A stretch of DNA of 64,000 bases from a virus (taxonomy: Duplodnaviria; Caudoviricetes). Within the stretch, counting starts at the first letter, position 1. Each line of letters starts with the position of its first letter. Position numbers and translations under genes: made by a program. Below, piece by piece: positions 37,281-47,700 of the stretch. Below the pieces are notes generated by a model that had not been told where the DNA came from, searched no databases, and saw only the letters and a list, made by a program, of their open reading frames with translations. The stretch spans positions 40,281 through 104,280 of IMG/VR virus record IMGVR_UViG_3300025646_000013; one strand, written 5' to 3'.

Positions 37281-37796
37281 TTATAGCTGTCTTACCTCTA
37301 GGGCAACGAACCCGGAAGCCTCTAACACTTCTTGAGAAATTAAAGACGGAATACCAGCCATCACTCCATTCATTTCCAATTTATCGTACTGAGGATACAG
37401 TATGCACATTTCAGCTATTGCTTCCTCGTTCCACATATTGGCTTCAGCTGAAGTAAGTTGACCAGCTTGTACAAGTTGCTCCATTTTTTTGACTAAATTC
37501 TTATACTCTATTCTATTTAAAACTCTCCAGACTATATGCTTGTCAAAGGTAATCGAGGTAACATACACCTCTCCAAATTGACTCTTCCACTGCTTGATCA
37601 TTCCAGCAGTTGGGCCACCTTCCCAAATTTCTTCTGCGTCGTCTAGATCTTCTACTTGCTTATTCGGTTGCTCAACAACTGATTCAATCTCCTCTTGATT
37701 TTGAGTTTCCTCTGTTGTATAAGTTAGAGCTTCTTCTGTTCCTACTGTTTCTGCAAATTCTGGATTTGAACTTACTGTTACTTTTCTACCTGACAT
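37281..37796 (-). CDS. Tail assembly chaperone-like protein
   Basis: WKSQFGEVY...IVWRVLNRIEYK...CILYP...AGIPSLISQEVLEASGF. Confidence 0.65.
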   Translation of the reverse strand: MSGRKVTVSSNPEFAETVGTEEALTYTTEETQNQEEIESVVEQPNKQVEDLDDAEEIWEGGPTAGMIKQWKSQFGEVYVTSITFDKHIVWRVLNRIEYKNLVKKMEQLVQAGQLTSAEANMWNEEAIAEMCILYPQYDKLEMNGVMAGIPSLISQEVLEASGFVALEVRQL

Positions 37797-37851
37797 TTTT
37801 TCTCCTTAATAGACATTTGATAAAACAAAATACATTATACAATATTATTTA

Positions 37852-38835
37852 TTATAAAGCAACTGTGTTAGTGCCAAACATATGGTTTGTAACGTCAATT
37901 TCATAAACTCCTTCTGAGTTGACTTGACCTACTATTGGCTCTTCCATTTCTGTTGTTGTTAATTTATTCTTAATAAATCCAAGATCAACTTCGCTATAAT
38001 AGAAGTCTCTTGCTATAAACTGATAGTTCTCAACTATTGGAGATCCTCCTGCGGCATACGTTGTTGCCATGCTCATTAGTTGGACCTCTTGTATAATAGT
38101 TTTCATTGGACTAACTTTATTGTCTGTTCCAGACCTAACTAATCTTTCATTTACATCTGAAATTATCATTCTATCTAAATTATTTTCTATAACTTTTTCT
38201 TCAGAATTTAGAAAATCTTTTGGAGAAAGAGATACCTCTTCCAATCCATGCATGATAATAAAATTAAATGGCGGATGAGCACTAAATATATTTTTATTTG
38301 AATCTATAATATTTTTAGAAAATGGATCTGAAGTCACTCTATCAAGCTGACTGTATGACCAATACTTTTGAATATTTTTTTCATCTTGCAGGCTGCGAAG
38401 TCTAGCTTGATCTGAATTATTGTTTACTGATCTCAAAGTAGATCTTACATCAGCGTTTGAGGATCTAGGATCTGGATTATTAACTCTTTTTTCAGTTGCT
38501 TTTTCTATAAGATCTGTCATTCTTCTTGGATATCTTGTATATACAGAAAACTCTCCAGTTATCAATCTTGTGCCGTACAACATTGCGTCATAGTTGTATG
38601 ACCAAAAACCATAGAGTGGTTGCTTTTCCTGTCTTATTATATAGGCAAAAGAAACTATATCCAGTTCATCTTCTTCATCGAATAGTCCGTCAATATAAAC
38701 TCTTATATCTTCGCCACTAAAAAAGTAATCGTAATAATTGCTAAACTTTTTACTGCTTGAGTCTGCGTTTCCCGCCCAAGCTAAGTCTATCTTTTCGGAT
38801 AGAGGATCAAATCTATAATCAGAATTATAAGCCAT
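37852..38835 (-). CDS. Tail tube-like / tube initiator protein
   Basis: FFSGEDIRVYI...GTRLITGEFSV...HPPFNFII...ENYQFIARD; shares motifs with the two upstream tube paralogs. Confidence 0.65.
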   Translation of the reverse strand: MAYNSDYRFDPLSEKIDLAWAGNADSSSKKFSNYYDYFFSGEDIRVYIDGLFDEEDELDIVSFAYIIRQEKQPLYGFWSYNYDAMLYGTRLITGEFSVYTRYPRRMTDLIEKATEKRVNNPDPRSSNADVRSTLRSVNNNSDQARLRSLQDEKNIQKYWSYSQLDRVTSDPFSKNIIDSNKNIFSAHPPFNFIIMHGLEEVSLSPKDFLNSEEKVIENNLDRMIISDVNERLVRSGTDNKVSPMKTIIQEVQLMSMATTYAAGGSPIVENYQFIARDFYYSEVDLGFIKNKLTTTEMEEPIVGQVNSEGVYEIDVTNHMFGTNTVAL

Positions 38836-38836
38836 T

Positions 38837-39550
38837 TTATACTCTATATACTTCTTCTATAAAATTGCTATAGATAGTTGTTATTGGTAGACCTTCTTCG
38901 GCTGAATCTCCAAATATATTCCTATTTCTTTGAGCTGTTCTTTCAGCTTCTATGTCACCTAATTTTGTCATTTCTTTTTCATTTATCATTCTTGTTATTG
39001 GCTGGATTCCTCTGGCCATAAAAGTGTAGGTTTGCTCTGTCAAAATGTCATCAATTGACATTGTTTGACCTTCGTCAACTATTGTTACGCCATATATTTT
39101 CATCTTTGATGCACTGCCATATTCATTAAAGAATGTAAACACAATGTCAAATGGCGGAAGCATGTCTGCTAGTGGCGCAAAGAATCCATTTGATCTAGAA
39201 AGATAGTTCTTATATTCCTCTATTTTATACCAAGAATATTCGTTAAATACCGTAAAGATAAGTGATCCAGCTATTGTTCTTGAACCCTTTATAAACCCTC
39301 TTACATTTGCGTGCCCAAGAGTTCTTACTGGCGAATTCTCTCTATGTATAGAATAAGATACAGTTTGAAGTTCGCCTAGCTCTAAGTAGGTTCCAGTACT
39401 TTGAGTCTCGCCCATTGGGGGAAGAACCATTGTTGCAACAATATCTGTTCCCGAAAAAGAAACATTATTTAAGGCAGCATCAAATTCAGGTTTTTGGGCA
39501 CTAGGATTTACGTCAGAAATTTGACTAGGCCTACTAATAATAACTGCCAT
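38837..39550 (-). CDS. Tail tube-like protein
   Basis: SFSGTDIVA..SYSIHRE..GSRTIAGSLIFTVF..DMLPPFDIV..IYGVTIVDEGQTMSIDDILTEQTYTFMAR. Confidence 0.75.
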   Translation of the reverse strand: MAVIISRPSQISDVNPSAQKPEFDAALNNVSFSGTDIVATMVLPPMGETQSTGTYLELGELQTVSYSIHRENSPVRTLGHANVRGFIKGSRTIAGSLIFTVFNEYSWYKIEEYKNYLSRSNGFFAPLADMLPPFDIVFTFFNEYGSASKMKIYGVTIVDEGQTMSIDDILTEQTYTFMARGIQPITRMINEKEMTKLGDIEAERTAQRNRNIFGDSAEEGLPITTIYSNFIEEVYRV

Positions 39551-39561
39551 TATTGTTCCTT

Positions 39562-39605
39562 AAAAGTAAGATGGTGCACGAAGGCCCCCACCCTCATGCA
39601 CCATC
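39562..39605 (-). terminator. Rho-independent terminator after the major tail tube gene
   Basis: Minus-strand hairpin GATGGTGCATGAGGG / CCTTCGTGCACCATC (perfect 9-bp outer stem plus G-U extension) followed by TTACTTTT. Confidence 0.7.
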
Positions 39606-39627
39606 GAACAGATAACTTGTTATTTAA

Positions 39628-40323
39628 TTACGGACGAATAACTCCGGATGTGTTTGGCAAGTTTACAGCATTGCCAGCCACGATATCGCTTAGAGTATTG
39701 CCGTCTTTTTCAAGTTGGCTTGTTGCAATTGTGTACATTGGACCAAGCTCTCTTGCAACGTAGGTCATGGTCTCTTCGATGACGATGTCATCCATTGAGG
39801 CGCCTGATCCTTCGTTAAGAAGCTCAACTCCGTATATCGATCTTACAGCTGCGTTGCCATATTCATTGACAAATGTAACTGTGATATCGAATGGTGGGAT
39901 TTGGTCTGCGTAGTAAGGGACTTTCTTCTGGATATCTCTTGTCCAGTTGTTTCCGCCTTGAACGCCTGGAATTCCTCTACCCAAAGACGATGTATCGCCT
40001 GGAAGAGTATTATGGGCTCTTGTGTAGAAGTCCATTGGCTTATTGTTGGCGTAGTTTTTCTCCAGCATTGTGTAAAGAGCTGGGCGATCAAATACTGTGA
40101 AGATCAATGAGCCTGCAATTCCGCGCTTACCTCTTGAGAATGAGCGTGGATTTGGTGAACCCATTGTGTAGATTGGTGCCTTTTCTCTTGTTACTGAGAA
40201 AGTAATTCCTGAAAGTGCACCAATTTCAATACCACCAAAAGTGGCGACAATGTCGGCACCTGAGAATGTGGTATATGTGTTTAGATACTTGTTGACAGAA
40301 TTGTCATAAGTTTCTGCGGCCAT
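39628..40323 (-). CDS. Major tail tube protein
   Basis: Immediately after the sheath gene; SD GGAGG; TFSGADIVA..GKRGIAGSLIFTVFDR..DQIPPFDITV..TYVAR. Confidence 0.8.
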   Translation of the reverse strand: MAAETYDNSVNKYLNTYTTFSGADIVATFGGIEIGALSGITFSVTREKAPIYTMGSPNPRSFSRGKRGIAGSLIFTVFDRPALYTMLEKNYANNKPMDFYTRAHNTLPGDTSSLGRGIPGVQGGNNWTRDIQKKVPYYADQIPPFDITVTFVNEYGNAAVRSIYGVELLNEGSGASMDDIVIEETMTYVARELGPMYTIATSQLEKDGNTLSDIVAGNAVNLPNTSGVIRP

Positions 40324-40349
40324 TTAGTTACCCTCCAATCGGTAATTTA

Positions 40350-41597
40350 TTATACGTTAATGGCTATTTGCACCTGAATTGACTTTAGCTCAAATGCAGG
40401 TGTTAGTACGAGGTCTACAATCGCCTTGTTTTCTGCTGGAACATAAGTGACATTGAAGTCGCTAGCCAGCAAGGCTCCTAATAGTTGCATACCTCTTAGT
40501 GCTGATGAGATCGCTGTTTCCATTGAGTTTCTCATTTGGACAGTCGATGGCTCACCAACAAACTTTTGACATGATTGACGAACAATGCTTGCAGCTTCGT
40601 TTACAATTCTCTTTGTCGAAAGACGAACGTAATCTGAGCTAGATGCAGAGAAGGTTACACCATCTCCAAAAACTGCAATCTTGTTGAAGTTAAGAATTAC
40701 TGAGTTGACACCCTTATTGGCTATTGTCTCTTGCTGTGTTCTTGTTGGAACATAACGAAGACCCTGAACATTATAGAGTGGCTTGTTTGTAATTGCTGAA
40801 TATGAATTAAGGCGTGTTATTGCAGCTGCTGTTGTGCATGCTCCATTTGCGTAGCCAAAATCTGTTCCTGCAGCTGTTCCATAGCCAACTGGCTTTAGCT
40901 CAGTTGCTACAACTGTAAGGTATGGACCGTACTCTTTCAAGGCTGAATCTTCCTTGTCTGGAAGTGTTGACAGACCTAAATGAGAAGCTATCTGCGAAGG
41001 AGTCATAACTTCTTTTGTGCCAGAGTCGTAAGGCTTAATTCCCATTACTGCGATGCATGGGTGTGTATTCTCTGATATTTCCTTGACCTTTGCTGCTACC
41101 TTATATGCCCAGCTCTGAATTACTGTTGCACTATTGTTTGCATGGAAACCATACTCAGTGTCATCAGGTGTTGCTGGATCTTCCCAGTCATCTGCTACTC
41201 CGCCCCTACCCCAAGGAACGATCACATCTGGAAGAACTGTTTCAGCGGCTGTGAATGCAGCGTCAAAGACTGATCCTCCGAATGAAGAACTTGTAACTGC
41301 AGATGTGCCGGTATGGGTCCATGCTGTGTCGGATGGCAGTGGGACCATGTATATTCTTTCTGCTCCACCGGCTACCAATTCAAGAAATGCCTTGTGAAGA
41401 TCAGAACCCTCACCAAAGGCATCTATTACATCTTTTTCAGTTGTTGCCTGAACAACGTCTAGGTCGCTTACATTGCCTGTATCATCTGCTGTATCTCTCT
41501 TGGCGATTACGACAATTCTTGGACCGGCTGGCGTGTCAGTGCGAGAGATGCTGTAGAAGCGATCTCTGATTAGCGTAGTTACTCCTGGTATAGCCAT
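40350..41597 (-). CDS. Tail sheath protein (415 aa; start MAIPG at 41597)
   Basis: SD GGAGG before ATG 41597; sheath C-terminal signature YVRLSTKRIVN..FVGEP..VDLVLTPAFELKSIQVQI. Confidence 0.8.
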   Translation of the reverse strand: MAIPGVTTLIRDRFYSISRTDTPAGPRIVVIAKRDTADDTGNVSDLDVVQATTEKDVIDAFGEGSDLHKAFLELVAGGAERIYMVPLPSDTAWTHTGTSAVTSSSFGGSVFDAAFTAAETVLPDVIVPWGRGGVADDWEDPATPDDTEYGFHANNSATVIQSWAYKVAAKVKEISENTHPCIAVMGIKPYDSGTKEVMTPSQIASHLGLSTLPDKEDSALKEYGPYLTVVATELKPVGYGTAAGTDFGYANGACTTAAAITRLNSYSAITNKPLYNVQGLRYVPTRTQQETIANKGVNSVILNFNKIAVFGDGVTFSASSSDYVRLSTKRIVNEAASIVRQSCQKFVGEPSTVQMRNSMETAISSALRGMQLLGALLASDFNVTYVPAENKAIVDLVLTPAFELKSIQVQIAINV

Positions 41598-41646
41598 GTT
41601 ATTTTTAAACCTCCGACTAGGATATGGGGCATTGCGAGTCTTCAAA

Positions 41647-41654
41647 TATAGTAA
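41647..41654 (-). promoter_or_regulatory. Candidate phage late promoter TTACTATA
   Basis: Intergenic, 50 nt upstream of the sheath start; the motif recurs in other intergenic gaps. Confidence 0.5.
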
Positions 41655-41714
41655 CAGATAACTTATAAAAATAACTCGGAGACTGTTGATGCGTGTTTGT
41701 TTTTATATATATTA

Positions 41715-42515
41715 TCATGAATTTGGCGTTGCTGTTTGCTGCAAATCCACTATACTGACCGTAGTGCCCTCGTAGTTTGGGGTGGCTGGTTGATTTATTA
41801 ATTCTTGCTCGTAAGCCATTCCTAATCTTACGTCTAGGGCAACTGATTCCACCGTAGAGGCTTTTGCAGCAAAGGTTTTTTCGGTTGTAAGCATGTAGGT
41901 TACTGTTCTTTTGTGAACGTCTTTTTGGTCCCTATTTACCTCAGAGTCAGATAACCTTCTGGAATATGTTAATTCTGATGCTCCTATTTTTTTAAAGATT
42001 GGCGTATACTCCAGCATGAAGTTCTCAAATGTCTCTATTAAAGATTCGACTAGGTAGGCGTTATCGTGGTCGTCGTCTATTGAATTTGGATTAGAACCTA
42101 ATCTTTTGCCGACCGGAGACATTGCTGTAAATGCGATTATATTTTGAAATCTTTGACCATATATATAGACGTCATTGCTTGTTATCTGTCTCATTCTTGG
42201 CTTTGGCTCAACAGAATGAGTCTTTCTTAGCTCTAAAGAATAAGTGATTATTGCATCTGTGTCTTCATATCTGCCTGTTGTCTGACCAGTTTCTGGATCT
42301 ATATAATTTGGATTAAACCATGTAAAAGCTGGATCTCCACTTGAAGAAGATTTAATTGGATAATTTGGAAATGATTCTTCCCAGATACTTTTAACTGTAG
42401 CTATAAACTCAAGATAACTTAAATTACCCTCAGACTGAAGTGGCTGAGCAAATTTTAATTTTGTATACGAATCGGTTCCACCAAATCTTGGCCAACTTAT
42501 TGCGTCTTGTGCCAT
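41715..42515 (-). CDS. Putative tail terminator/neck protein
   Basis: 266 aa between the two sheath-like genes; two ATPN motifs near the C-terminus; called by position. Confidence 0.5.
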   Translation of the reverse strand: MAQDAISWPRFGGTDSYTKLKFAQPLQSEGNLSYLEFIATVKSIWEESFPNYPIKSSSSGDPAFTWFNPNYIDPETGQTTGRYEDTDAIITYSLELRKTHSVEPKPRMRQITSNDVYIYGQRFQNIIAFTAMSPVGKRLGSNPNSIDDDHDNAYLVESLIETFENFMLEYTPIFKKIGASELTYSRRLSDSEVNRDQKDVHKRTVTYMLTTEKTFAAKASTVESVALDVRLGMAYEQELINQPATPNYEGTTVSIVDLQQTATPNS

Positions 42516-42516
42516 A

Positions 42517-44112
42517 CTATGCTCCTGGACCTGCGGCTAATGATAAATCAATTTTCTTTAATCCCAAAGAAGATATTACATTAATATAAAGTATTATAAC
42601 ACCTTTTTCTGTTGGATCTGGTTTTGCCTTGAATTCAAAATCAACTATTATTTTATCTTTTTTCATTGAGCTCAGAAGAGAGCTAACTGAAGAAACTATT
42701 GTGTCATATCCAAACTTGCCTATTGTATCGTAACCGTATCCTTTTATTTTACTTGCAAGATAAGATACAAGCCTAATTTGTGGAAGCTTGCTAAAAGTTG
42801 AATTCATCGCAGCCATAGTAAAGTCATTAGTCAAATACACCTCAAATGGTTGAGATCGTCTAGCTTTATTGCTTCTATATATTGTATTGACTCCTATTAG
42901 CTCTAGTCTTTTCATTTCAGATGTATTTAGACTTGAGCCGAAAAGGGATATTGCTCCAGGTATTCTTTTTCTTATCATTCCAATATTTAATGGATTTGAT
43001 GCTACCAAACCTGCGACTGCTGCAGACACAGAATTTGTATACGAAAAGTCTAAATGCGAATGAGAAAAAACAGCTTCCCCATAAACTGGAATAACATATC
43101 TGCCTTTATCAGAGGTGATTTGGCCCAAAGAATTAAATTCAGTTAATTTATTTGTAATAACAGAATTGGCTTCAAGTATATCTATATCAGAAGACGAGAC
43201 TCCTCTTGTTTTAGATCCGATTATTCCAACCTGCACGTATCCCGTTGTATTGTGAAATTCATCTAAATAATTTGACAATTGAGTAATAAAATCTGGCCCA
43301 CCAGTTGAAATAATAGATGTTTCAAGTGGAACTATTATGTCTATAAAATCAAGCTCAGATAAAACAGAATATGTTTGTTCCAATCTTTCATAATATCTTT
43401 CATAAAATGTTTGCGAAGATGGAGTAGCTAAACCAACATCAAAATAATTTACCGAAACTAATCTTTGATCAAAATCTTGAACATACTCAAACATTGGCGC
43501 AGCAGAACAAATAAATATACTTCTTGCTCCAGCTCCGTATGCGTCAAATACGCCCCTTAATAGCGGACTATTGTTATCGCCTCTCAGCAAGTCTACTGCG
43601 TGTTGAACGGATCGAATTTTTACTGGACTGTTAAGTTCTAGTCCATCGCCATGCCCAACTAGCAAAACAGATTGCATGTTTGAAGAATTTAGATCTTCAT
43701 AGGATGGCCTATAGGTGATGCTACTTGATCTATTTCCCATTGGAACAGTTGGCTGCAGATTGTACTGAGAATCTTTTACTTCAAAACTAGATTCTATAAT
43801 AATTTCTAAAGTATCTTTGAATGTCTTTGCAATTACTGTATATTTTCCAGGAAAAAGATTTTCTGGTATTTTATAATTAAAAACAAATTCAGAGTTAGCG
43901 CTTTTTTCTATGTAGGCATTGGGGTCCGGCGTTGCGTTTGTAAAAAGATAGGATATTGGATTTAAAATTATTGAAGAAAATCTATTATCGCCTCTTGTAA
44001 TTCCTATCGTAACATCTATGGGCGTAGCCTGATTTGTTGGATCATAGGCTGATCCATTGTCAACAAAAAGAAATTTGATTTTTATTAAATCATTTTTTTT
44101 AACTATTAACAT
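42517..44112 (-). CDS. Second tail-sheath-like protein with N-terminal Ig-like domain
   Basis: SPLLRGVFDAYGAGARSIFI, SAAVAGLVAS, LELIGVNTI, FSKLPQIRLV and IILYINVISSLGLKKI parallel the sheath at 40350. Confidence 0.65.
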   Translation of the reverse strand: MLIVKKNDLIKIKFLFVDNGSAYDPTNQATPIDVTIGITRGDNRFSSIILNPISYLFTNATPDPNAYIEKSANSEFVFNYKIPENLFPGKYTVIAKTFKDTLEIIIESSFEVKDSQYNLQPTVPMGNRSSSITYRPSYEDLNSSNMQSVLLVGHGDGLELNSPVKIRSVQHAVDLLRGDNNSPLLRGVFDAYGAGARSIFICSAAPMFEYVQDFDQRLVSVNYFDVGLATPSSQTFYERYYERLEQTYSVLSELDFIDIIVPLETSIISTGGPDFITQLSNYLDEFHNTTGYVQVGIIGSKTRGVSSSDIDILEANSVITNKLTEFNSLGQITSDKGRYVIPVYGEAVFSHSHLDFSYTNSVSAAVAGLVASNPLNIGMIRKRIPGAISLFGSSLNTSEMKRLELIGVNTIYRSNKARRSQPFEVYLTNDFTMAAMNSTFSKLPQIRLVSYLASKIKGYGYDTIGKFGYDTIVSSVSSLLSSMKKDKIIVDFEFKAKPDPTEKGVIILYINVISSLGLKKIDLSLAAGPGA

Positions 44113-44487
44113 TTATTTTGTCTCTTCTTTTGTTGCCCCAACTGCCCAAAAAACTATTTTACCACCTCTTCCCCTTCTCGGGGAGCAAGCGTCTATAACG
44201 TACATTGTCTGTTGACCAAAATTGTTTGGAAGCTTTTCGTATATTCTATCGCCTTCTTTTGGATTAACAGAAGCTTCAAAAAAGTATACTACCTCTGAAT
44301 TTACTGATATTCCTTCATCTAGTTCTTGGGCGAGTTTGGCGTTTGCTGCTCCAGATGTATATACGTTCCTTGTTGTTACTCTTTCTAAGGAATCTTTATA
44401 GTTTCCATTTGCCATGATTCTCTGGATGTAAACATCATGACCCCAACTTGATAGTATTTTTTTGAATGTTTTTTCAAGATTAATCAT
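44113..44487 (-). CDS. Putative head-closure/neck protein
   Basis: 124 aa; VYFFEASVNPKEGDRIYE..RGRGGKIVFW; position upstream of tail genes. Confidence 0.55.
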   Translation of the reverse strand: MINLEKTFKKILSSWGHDVYIQRIMANGNYKDSLERVTTRNVYTSGAANAKLAQELDEGISVNSEVVYFFEASVNPKEGDRIYEKLPNNFGQQTMYVIDACSPRRGRGGKIVFWAVGATKEETK

Positions 44488-45385
44488 AGCTTCTTATGCC
44501 TCGTCTAGGCATAGGATCTTCTTTCGGAAGGATTTTTCTTCCGGGCCCATACAATTCTCTATCTGAAAGATAATATACTTTTCCTGTTTCTGGATCAATA
44601 TTCTTGCCAGATGTACCAATGCTTTCGGTTGGAAGACCTTTTGGCACCATACCTCTTGGGCCTGTTTTACCTGCTAACATTTCTTTTCTTAAGGCTGCTG
44701 CTATTTGACACCATGTGGTTGCATTTCCTCTGGTGACTTCTATTCTTGGAAGGTTTCTGGTTGTTACCGTCAGGTCTCCAAGCTGGACTGAAACATCATC
44801 ATCTCCGCCATAAGAGTATGTTCTGCTTAAATCGCAAGCTGCAGCTGCTTTGATATACTCTAGTGCATTATACGGAAGGTCCGCACCTGTGGCGTCATCG
44901 TTTAACGAGTATATTTGTTTTACCTCAAGAGAATGACTGTATACTGCTTCTCCTATTTCAATTAGTGATGCTTCTGGAAAATATGCTTTTAATTCTTCTG
45001 GGTCTAAATATAGCGGGACTATATCTGGGGCAAAAGTTATCATTTCATCTGCTTTTAATATTACAGTAGGCTCGTATTCTTCTGTAGAGGTACTTACATA
45101 AAGCTGTTGATTCACGGTTATAGAAGTTCCACCACTTAGACTTCCAACAAATGTTATTTTATATGTATCAGCTACTGACGGGGTAAAGTCATAATAATAT
45201 TCTGAATCCGATATTTTACCTGAAGTAGTGATGTTCTGAGTTACGACTACAGTATCATCAGATTTTTTAATCGTTACAACTACAGCGACTGGAGTAACCG
45301 GTATTTGAGCTCCAGTTACTGGATTAGTGTCAACAAATTTAACTTTAATTCTTACTGTGTCATTGACTAAAACGCTGGTAGCCAT
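44480..45385 (-). CDS. Putative head-tail adaptor with N-terminal Ig-like domain
   Basis: Beta-rich N-terminus (YYYDFTPSVADTYKITF) then EYIKAAAACDL..SVQLGDLTV adaptor-like region; SD GGAG. Confidence 0.5.
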   Translation of the reverse strand: MATSVLVNDTVRIKVKFVDTNPVTGAQIPVTPVAVVVTIKKSDDTVVVTQNITTSGKISDSEYYYDFTPSVADTYKITFVGSLSGGTSITVNQQLYVSTSTEEYEPTVILKADEMITFAPDIVPLYLDPEELKAYFPEASLIEIGEAVYSHSLEVKQIYSLNDDATGADLPYNALEYIKAAAACDLSRTYSYGGDDDVSVQLGDLTVTTRNLPRIEVTRGNATTWCQIAAALRKEMLAGKTGPRGMVPKGLPTESIGTSGKNIDPETGKVYYLSDRELYGPGRKILPKEDPMPRRGIRSYD

Positions 45386-45428
45386 AATATCTCCATAGTG
45401 TCAGGATACGTATTTATAGTAGCTATTT

Positions 45429-45722
45429 TTAGCTTAATATGGCTATTTCACTGTTGTCGGTAATTGCTATAGATTCAACAGAAACCAAGGCGGATACGTC
45501 TTCATCCAAAACTTCTACGGTAACATATCCGGAAGGACTGACCTCCATCGATACAACTGCTATTGTCGTGTAATTTGAATAGTCTTCTTGGCCGCCAATT
45601 AAAATTGCAATATTATTTAATATTATTGGAGAAGAAAGGCCTTGGGCGTATATGACCAAAGTGCCAGTATACGAATAGTTAGGTTGATTATAGTTTATTG
45701 CATCGCTATACAGCATCGGCAT
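45429..45722 (-). CDS. Hypothetical small structural protein
   Basis: 97-aa acidic ORF co-oriented with the structural operon. Confidence 0.55.
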   Translation of the reverse strand: MPMLYSDAINYNQPNYSYTGTLVIYAQGLSSPIILNNIAILIGGQEDYSNYTTIAVVSMEVSPSGYVTVEVLDEDVSALVSVESIAITDNSEIAILS

Positions 45723-45820
45723 CTTCTTTGAGTAGTGATCATTTTATTGGCTTATCATTGTCATTTTAATTTTAAAATTTATCATTGCGGACTTTTGGCA
45801 TTTCTATACTTTTTGCGATA

Positions 45821-45833
45821 TACTATATAGTAA
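45821..45833. promoter_or_regulatory. Palindromic TACTATATAGTA element, candidate divergent promoter
   Basis: Perfect 12-bp palindrome (45821-45832) carrying the TACTATA core on both strands, between divergent genes starting at 45722 (-) and 45857 (+). Confidence 0.45.
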
Positions 45834-45856
45834 TATGTACAAATAAGGAGCTCATT

Positions 45857-46090
45857 ATGTCGGCATGGAAAGAATTTAAGAAAAAAATAGGAAATACACC
45901 AATAGCGCTTTTAGATGCACAAAGTAAGGTTTCAGAAGAAGTGGCAAAAGAAAGAATGGATATTTGTGAAGGCTGCGAGCATTTAGTTGCAACCACTAAA
46001 CAATGTAGGAAGTGCGGCTGCTTTATGAAATTGAAAGTAACCCTTAAAAGAGCTCACTGTCCAATCGACAAATGGGGAACTGTCGAATAG
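45857..46090 (+). CDS. Small Cys-rich protein (DUF6171-like), 77 aa
   Basis: SD AAGGAG before ATG 45857; ERMDICEGCEH..QCRKCGCFMKLK..CPIDKW. Confidence 0.75.
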   Translation: MSAWKEFKKKIGNTPIALLDAQSKVSEEVAKERMDICEGCEHLVATTKQCRKCGCFMKLKVTLKRAHCPIDKWGTVE

Positions 46091-46127
46091 TCGTTGGCAT
46101 TAAGCTTCTTTATCGCAAAAACTCTTT

Positions 46128-46905
46128 TTAAGAATAAAGGTCTTGAATTACATTTTGATGACTGATATAAAAAATATTATTATACTTTTTATATGATTTT
46201 TCTTCTTTGTCGTTAGATCCGTTCTAAACCATAAAATCCATTTACTCCAGAAAAATAATGAGCTATAATAGACTCTCTTGGAGTATTTTGGTCTTCTGGC
46301 GTTAAGGCCATGTGCAGAGTGTGCCCTTGCCAAAGGAGGGCATCTCCTTTTTGGGGAAGAAAAACTTGAGGCTCCCCATTGTTTTTTTGTATCTCTTTCT
46401 CAAGATAGCTAATAACTTCTTGTGGATCTTTTTTATAGTATATATGAATATCAGTATTCCACAAATGAGATCCCGGGACAAACGCAAAAGGTCCAGATTT
46501 TGGACTAATGTCTTCAAGAGCTATCCATAAACCAGCGTAATTTTCTGCAGATACCTTATCTACTTGACTTCCAACGATATAATCATGATGCCAAGCCTTC
46601 TGTGTAGAAACCCAACCAGTAAAGGCCAAATGTAATATCATTTTTTCTAAACCAAGTTTAGAAAAAACTTCATATATTGAGTCATGACATAACAGTGGTA
46701 AAATTTCTTCATGTTCCATGAAAGGATTTGATTGTTTCCATCCATTCTTACTTAACATTGAATTAACAGTTCCATTGTAATTGGGCGCATTAATGCTTGT
46801 CCAGTATTGTTTATAATTGTCTATGGCATCGTGTGGAATTAAATTTTTTATTATTATATATCCATTTTTTTGATAAAAATCTTTTTCATTCATTTTATTC
46901 TCCAT
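46128..46905 (-). CDS. Phytanoyl-CoA dioxygenase (PhyH)-like 2OG-Fe(II) oxygenase; zero-frame stop at 46213, possible 30-aa extension via +1 shift at CGG 46221-46219
   Basis: FYQKNGYIIIKNL, WHHD, WIALED..SGPFAFVPGSHLW, KGDALLWQGHTLH..R. Start may be 46893 (SD GGAG). Confidence 0.8.
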
Positions 46906-46929
46906 TTAAGTATAGTAACATATATCTCA

Positions 46930-47700
46930 TTAACGTGTCTGTCCGCAATCTTTCCTTAAATTTGGAATCCATATCCTATTATCGTTTGGATTTGCGTTCT
47001 CTGGTGTTCCATAGCAAAAGGCAGCTAGATATGCTACTCTAATCCCGTTTTTAACTGGTGTAACCTCGTGAGTTCCAACATAATTAGCTGGAGATACAAC
47101 GGCTGTACCCATTCTTGGTTTATGAATATAGTTTGCGTGTTTAAACTTGATTAATCCGCCAGTAAAATTGGTTTGATCGATTTCATGTTCATTTTCGACG
47201 CTATCGTTCATATATATATTAATACTGACTTTAACATGTTTTGGATATTCATTTATCTGTCCCATATTTTCTTGATATGGTATATTGTCGTCGCAGTGTT
47301 GGCCTATTCCTTGACCAGATGTGTACGTTGCAAAATGCCCTGGATATCTCCACCAGCAAACTGTAGCTGCCGCAGGATATATTTTGCAATACTCAACTAG
47401 AATTTTATATAACAAATCCTCTAAAAAAAATACAATGTCTTTCTGTTCTTTTGTTGGTTTTTGGTCATGCCAATTGCAAAGTGGATCTATAAATCTTTCG
47501 GGGGCAAGATTAATAGAATCTAAATCAAATTTAAAACCAGTCCTGTTTATAGCGTACTTTTTTCCATTTTCCTCTACATAAGTAAATGTGCCCTGTTCTA
47601 TTTTCCTTAAAAAATTTATATATTCAATTATTTTTTTGGGATCTATATTAAAAAGATTTTCAAATATACATAATCCACTTCCTACATCTATTATTTTCAC
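46930..47700 (-). CDS. 2OG-Fe(II) oxygenase (prolyl-4-hydroxylase-like)
   Basis: HCD, SINIYMND, FTGGLIKF, THEVTPVKNGIR. Confidence 0.85.
   Translation of the reverse strand: MKIIDVGSGLCIFENLFNIDPKKIIEYINFLRKIEQGTFTYVEENGKKYAINRTGFKFDLDSINLAPERFIDPLCNWHDQKPTKEQKDIVFFLEDLLYKILVEYCKIYPAAATVCWWRYPGHFATYTSGQGIGQHCDDNIPYQENMGQINEYPKHVKVSINIYMNDSVENEHEIDQTNFTGGLIKFKHANYIHKPRMGTAVVSPANYVGTHEVTPVKNGIRVAYLAAFCYGTPENANPNDNRIWIPNLRKDCGQTR

Noticed and set aside
37250-37300. Classical tail-chaperone G/GT -1 frameshift
   Set aside because: The second gene has its own ATG 3 nt after the first stop, is in the same frame, and is a full paralog.
41598-41645. N-terminal extension of the sheath ORF from TTG 41645
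   Set aside because: The GGAGG SD sits before ATG 41597, so the extension is probably untranslated leader.
3687-44000. Many short plus-strand ORFs (60-112 aa) in the ORF track
   Set aside because: They lie antisense within long minus-strand genes and show no recognisable motifs.
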